Origin: a virus
DNA length: 64,000 nucleotides
IMG/VR virus record: IMGVR_UViG_3300032003_000001
Location: 1 to 64,000 of that record
Direction: 5' to 3' (one strand)
Shown here: one piece after another, positions 62,157 to 64,000 of the stretch
How the letters are laid out: the number at the start of each line of letters is the position of its first letter
Numbering within the stretch: the first letter of the stretch is position 1
The notes under the pieces: generated by a model
The model's input: the letters and a program-made list of their open reading frames with translations, nothing else
What the model was told of the DNA's origin: nothing
Database searches by the model: none
Made by a program: the position numbers and the translations under genes

Positions 62157-62458
62157 TGGCCTTCCTGAAGCCGGACGACTCGATGCCGGAGCCGGCCTCG
62201 ACGGTTCAACTCGACGGTCACGATGAGCGTTGGCCGGCCGACTGGGAGATCCGTGGCCTCGCCTACGGCCTGTGCGACTGGATGATCACGGTCCATGGCG
62301 GCCCGCCGGCGGGACATGGCCGCGAGGTTGCAGTACGGCTGTCCACGCCTCTCGGCCCGTTCGAAGGCCGTGCCATTCTGGCGTCCTCAATGGTCAGGTC
62401 GGACGGGTCGATCGAGACGACGCTCATTGCCGCCGGCCCGCTCGCGTTCTCCACCTGA
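62153..62458 (+). CDS. hypothetical protein
   Basis: 101-aa track ORF. GTGA overlap. Confidence 0.45.
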   Translation: MMAFLKPDDSMPEPASTVQLDGHDERWPADWEIRGLAYGLCDWMITVHGGPPAGHGREVAVRLSTPLGPFEGRAILASSMVRSDGSIETTLIAAGPLAFST

Positions 62459-62652
62459 TGGGCGTCTACGAGGTCCACGTAGGCGTGGCGCTGAGACGCC
62501 CGCCCCGTATGGACGAGATCCGCAAGTACCTGATCGCCGCCGACCGTCCTCTTGCCGCTGAGCTTCTGGCGTGCCAGTGGGCCGCGGCGGGCGACGGGGT
62601 GGTGATGCCGGTGTCAAGCCGGCTGGTGACGTATGGCGAGGGGCAGAGTTGA
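62458..62652 (+). CDS. hypothetical protein
   Basis: 64 aa from ATG 62458 (TGATG junction), in the frame of track ORF 62230..62652. Confidence 0.4.
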   Translation: MGVYEVHVGVALRRPPRMDEIRKYLIAADRPLAAELLACQWAAAGDGVVMPVSSRLVTYGEGQS

Positions 62653-63440
62653 AGTTCGGTTTACCTTCGGATCCTGGCGGTGTACCGTCCCGTTCCGTGG
62701 CTCCATCCCTGACGAAACTCCACCAGATCAACGCGCTCGTGACCGGCGCCAAGCCGCGCGCCCAGCGCACCCTGACCGACGCCCACCAGATCCTCCAGAA
62801 GGCTCCGGTGCTGTCGGGCATTTCCCGCACGTATCTGCCCCGCGACGACGAGGGTGAGCGGCTGCCCCCGGAGTCGACCCGTGTTCAGGTGGTGGCCGCG
62901 AAGACGATCGCCGACATGGCGTCCGAGTTGGGCCGGCTCTTCGACCTGCAGTTGACCCAGGACTTCGGCAACACCCAGGCGCGCGCGGACGTGGTCGTCG
63001 ACGGGCAGACCGTCCTGTCGGACGTGCCGGTGACGTACCTGCTGTGGCTGGACAAGCACCTGACCGACCTGCGGACGTTCGTGGACAAGCTCCCGACCCT
63101 GGACCCGTCCGAGACGTGGACATGGGACGAGGCGCGCGCCTGCTGGGCGTCGGCTCCGGTCGAGACGGTCCGCAGCAAGAAGGTGCCGCGCAACCACGTG
63201 CTCGCCGAGGCCACCGAGAAGCACCCCGCCCAGGTGCAGGTCTTCAACGAGGACGTCCCGGTCGGCAATTGGACCACCGTCAAGCTGTCCGGCGCCCTCC
63301 CGCCGGCGCAGATCCGCGAGTACCGCAACCGAGTCGCCAAGCTCCAGGATGCGGTGAAGGTTGCCCGGGAACAGGCGAACAGCGTGGAGGTCGCGGACCG
63401 CCCGGCCGGCGCGGCGATACTCGGCTACCTGTTCGGGTAG
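62649..63440 (+). CDS. conserved-looking hypothetical protein
   Basis: 263 aa from TTG 62649 (TTGA overlap), in the frame of track ORF 62571..63440. Confidence 0.5.
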   Translation: MKFGLPSDPGGVPSRSVAPSLTKLHQINALVTGAKPRAQRTLTDAHQILQKAPVLSGISRTYLPRDDEGERLPPESTRVQVVAAKTIADMASELGRLFDLQLTQDFGNTQARADVVVDGQTVLSDVPVTYLLWLDKHLTDLRTFVDKLPTLDPSETWTWDEARACWASAPVETVRSKKVPRNHVLAEATEKHPAQVQVFNEDVPVGNWTTVKLSGALPPAQIREYRNRVAKLQDAVKVAREQANSVEVADRPAGAAILGYLFG

Positions 63441-63450
63441 CCCCAAGACT

Positions 63451-63470
63451 CCCCTCCTGGAGCGGAGGGG
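63451..63470 (+). terminator. 7-bp hairpin after the last early gene
   Basis: CCCCTCC (63451-57) pairs with GGAGGGG (63464-70). Confidence 0.35.
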
Positions 63471-63514
63471 CGCGCGCAAGCGCAGAGGCTGAGGCTCACA
63501 TCTCAGGCTGATCG

Positions 63515-63596
63515 AGGATGGCACCAAGTGCAGGTTCGACTCCTGCCCCGGGCTCCACTTGCCCGGGTGGCGCAATCGGCAGACGCATGTCCACCT
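63515..63596 (+). ncRNA. circularly permuted tRNA-like module A
   Basis: T arm at 63530-46 (loop TTCGACT), CCCGGGC-T-CCA at 63547-57, linker CTT, GCCCGGG at 63561-67, TG, then a D-arm-like GCGC AATCGGCA. Closing helix 63515-24 / 63589-96. Confidence 0.45.
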
Positions 63597-63664
63597 ACAT
63601 AACCGCTGAGGCTCTCGCTCCAGGCTCAGCACCCCGCCGATCACCAGATCGAATGGTCACGACA

Positions 63665-63747
63665 ACCGTTAGCGAGATTGCCGGTTCAAATCCGGCCGGC
63701 CGCTCCAATCATGCGGCCGTGGCTCAATGGCAGAGCGCGCAAACCGT
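63665..63747 (+). ncRNA. circularly permuted tRNA-like module B
   Basis: T arm at 63680-96 (loop TTCAAAT), CGGCCGC-T-CCA at 63697-707, linker ATCAT, GCGGCCG at 63713-19, TG, D arm GCTC-AATGGCA-GAGC. Closing helix 63665-74 / 63738-47 (8/10 bp). Confidence 0.5.
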
Positions 63748-63820
63748 CAGTCTGATGCGTGGCCTTAAACGCCGCTGGTGTGCGAATGGGCGGTTCACGC
63801 CTCGAAAACGTGTGATCACA

Positions 63821-63853
63821 GGGACCCCGGAGATGGGCATGCTCCGGGGTCCC
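63821..63853 (+). terminator. 12-bp perfect hairpin closing the RNA cluster
   Basis: GGGACCCCGGAG (63821-32) pairs with CTCCGGGGTCCC (63842-53). Confidence 0.5.
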
Positions 63854-63891
63854 GCCATATTCCGCTGGTTAGGGGACCCCGGGAAGTGACC

Positions 63892-64000
63892 ATGATCGAG
63901 CTACGGCTGTACTGGAAGAGCCCGGACGGTGAGGTTGACCTCGGCTCCGGCTTCCACGAGATGCTCCCGCCTGTCGGCTCACTGCTGGCCTTCGTCACCG
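63892..64000 (+). CDS. hypothetical protein (3' end outside window)
   Basis: ATG 63892 is 5 nt after GGGAAG. MIELRLYWKSPDGEVDLGSGFHEM... stays open to the window edge. Confidence 0.4.
   Translation, partial: MIELRLYWKSPDGEVDLGSGFHEMLPPVGSLLAFVT

Noticed and set aside
63530-63707. Two ordinary tRNA genes suggested by the GGTTCGA/GGTTCAA T-loops and CCA ends
   Set aside because: No acceptor 5' strand lies 70-95 nt upstream of either CCA. The only complementary strands lie immediately downstream. The one upstream anticodon-arm-like hairpin (CTGAG/CTCAG at about 63491-63508) has an 8-nt loop and does not connect to a cloverleaf.
63518-63889. 123-aa plus-strand ORF across the tRNA-like region
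   Set aside because: It has poor codon bias, overlaps strong RNA structure, and has no ribosome-binding site or coupling to its neighbours.

Overview
High-GC (about 70%) actinobacterial temperate siphovirus-type genome segment. It is almost fully coding and lies in vegetative, lambda-like gene order. 1-22.7 kb (+ strand) holds the late genes. These are a prohead protease (5' end cut by the window), an HK97-fold capsid and a five-gene glycosyltransferase/sugar-tailoring cassette. They are followed by unknown virion proteins (one built from 14 tandem 18-20 aa repeats), head-tail joining genes, a CgeB-like glycosyltransferase and a tail tube. The block ends with a tail chaperone carrying a -1 frame extension, the tape measure, a very short tail-tip set, an endolysin, several small membrane/holin-like genes and a second papain-like hydrolase. 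22.8-34.4 kb is an accessory 'b-region'. It contains an RHH / polynucleotide-kinase cassette and a divergent-promoter switch with three copies of a 16-bp palindrome. It also contains an actinomycete plasmid/AICE-type transfer module: an FtsK/TraB-like translocase, DUF2637-like and Spd-like membrane proteins, and clt-like 8-mer repeats. An XRE-TPR regulator with secreted proteins and a GntR-like regulator complete the region. 34.4-35.9 kb holds attP (the 3' part of tRNA-Val(GAC) flanked by GATCATGAG arm repeats) and a tyrosine integrase. 36-63.4 kb starts with a CI/Cro-like switch, an excisionase-like HTH and a DinD/KilAC antirepressor, followed by about 60 tightly overlapped early genes. Notable early genes are an orphan IS110-type Tnp-domain gene full of DNA-level repeats, an Ala/Asp/Tyr repeat protein on a GCC-period tract, HNH-AP2, a C5 DNA methyltransferase, HNH, SLOG + PRTase, Gp37/Gp68, WhiB, a wHTH initiator-like gene with iterons, GIY-YIG, a DEDDh exonuclease and TerD. 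63.45-63.85 kb is a structured non-coding region with two tandem, circularly permuted tRNA-like modules. I found no rRNA, CRISPR array or canonical full-length tRNA by eye. All homology calls are motif recognition from memory, not database searches.
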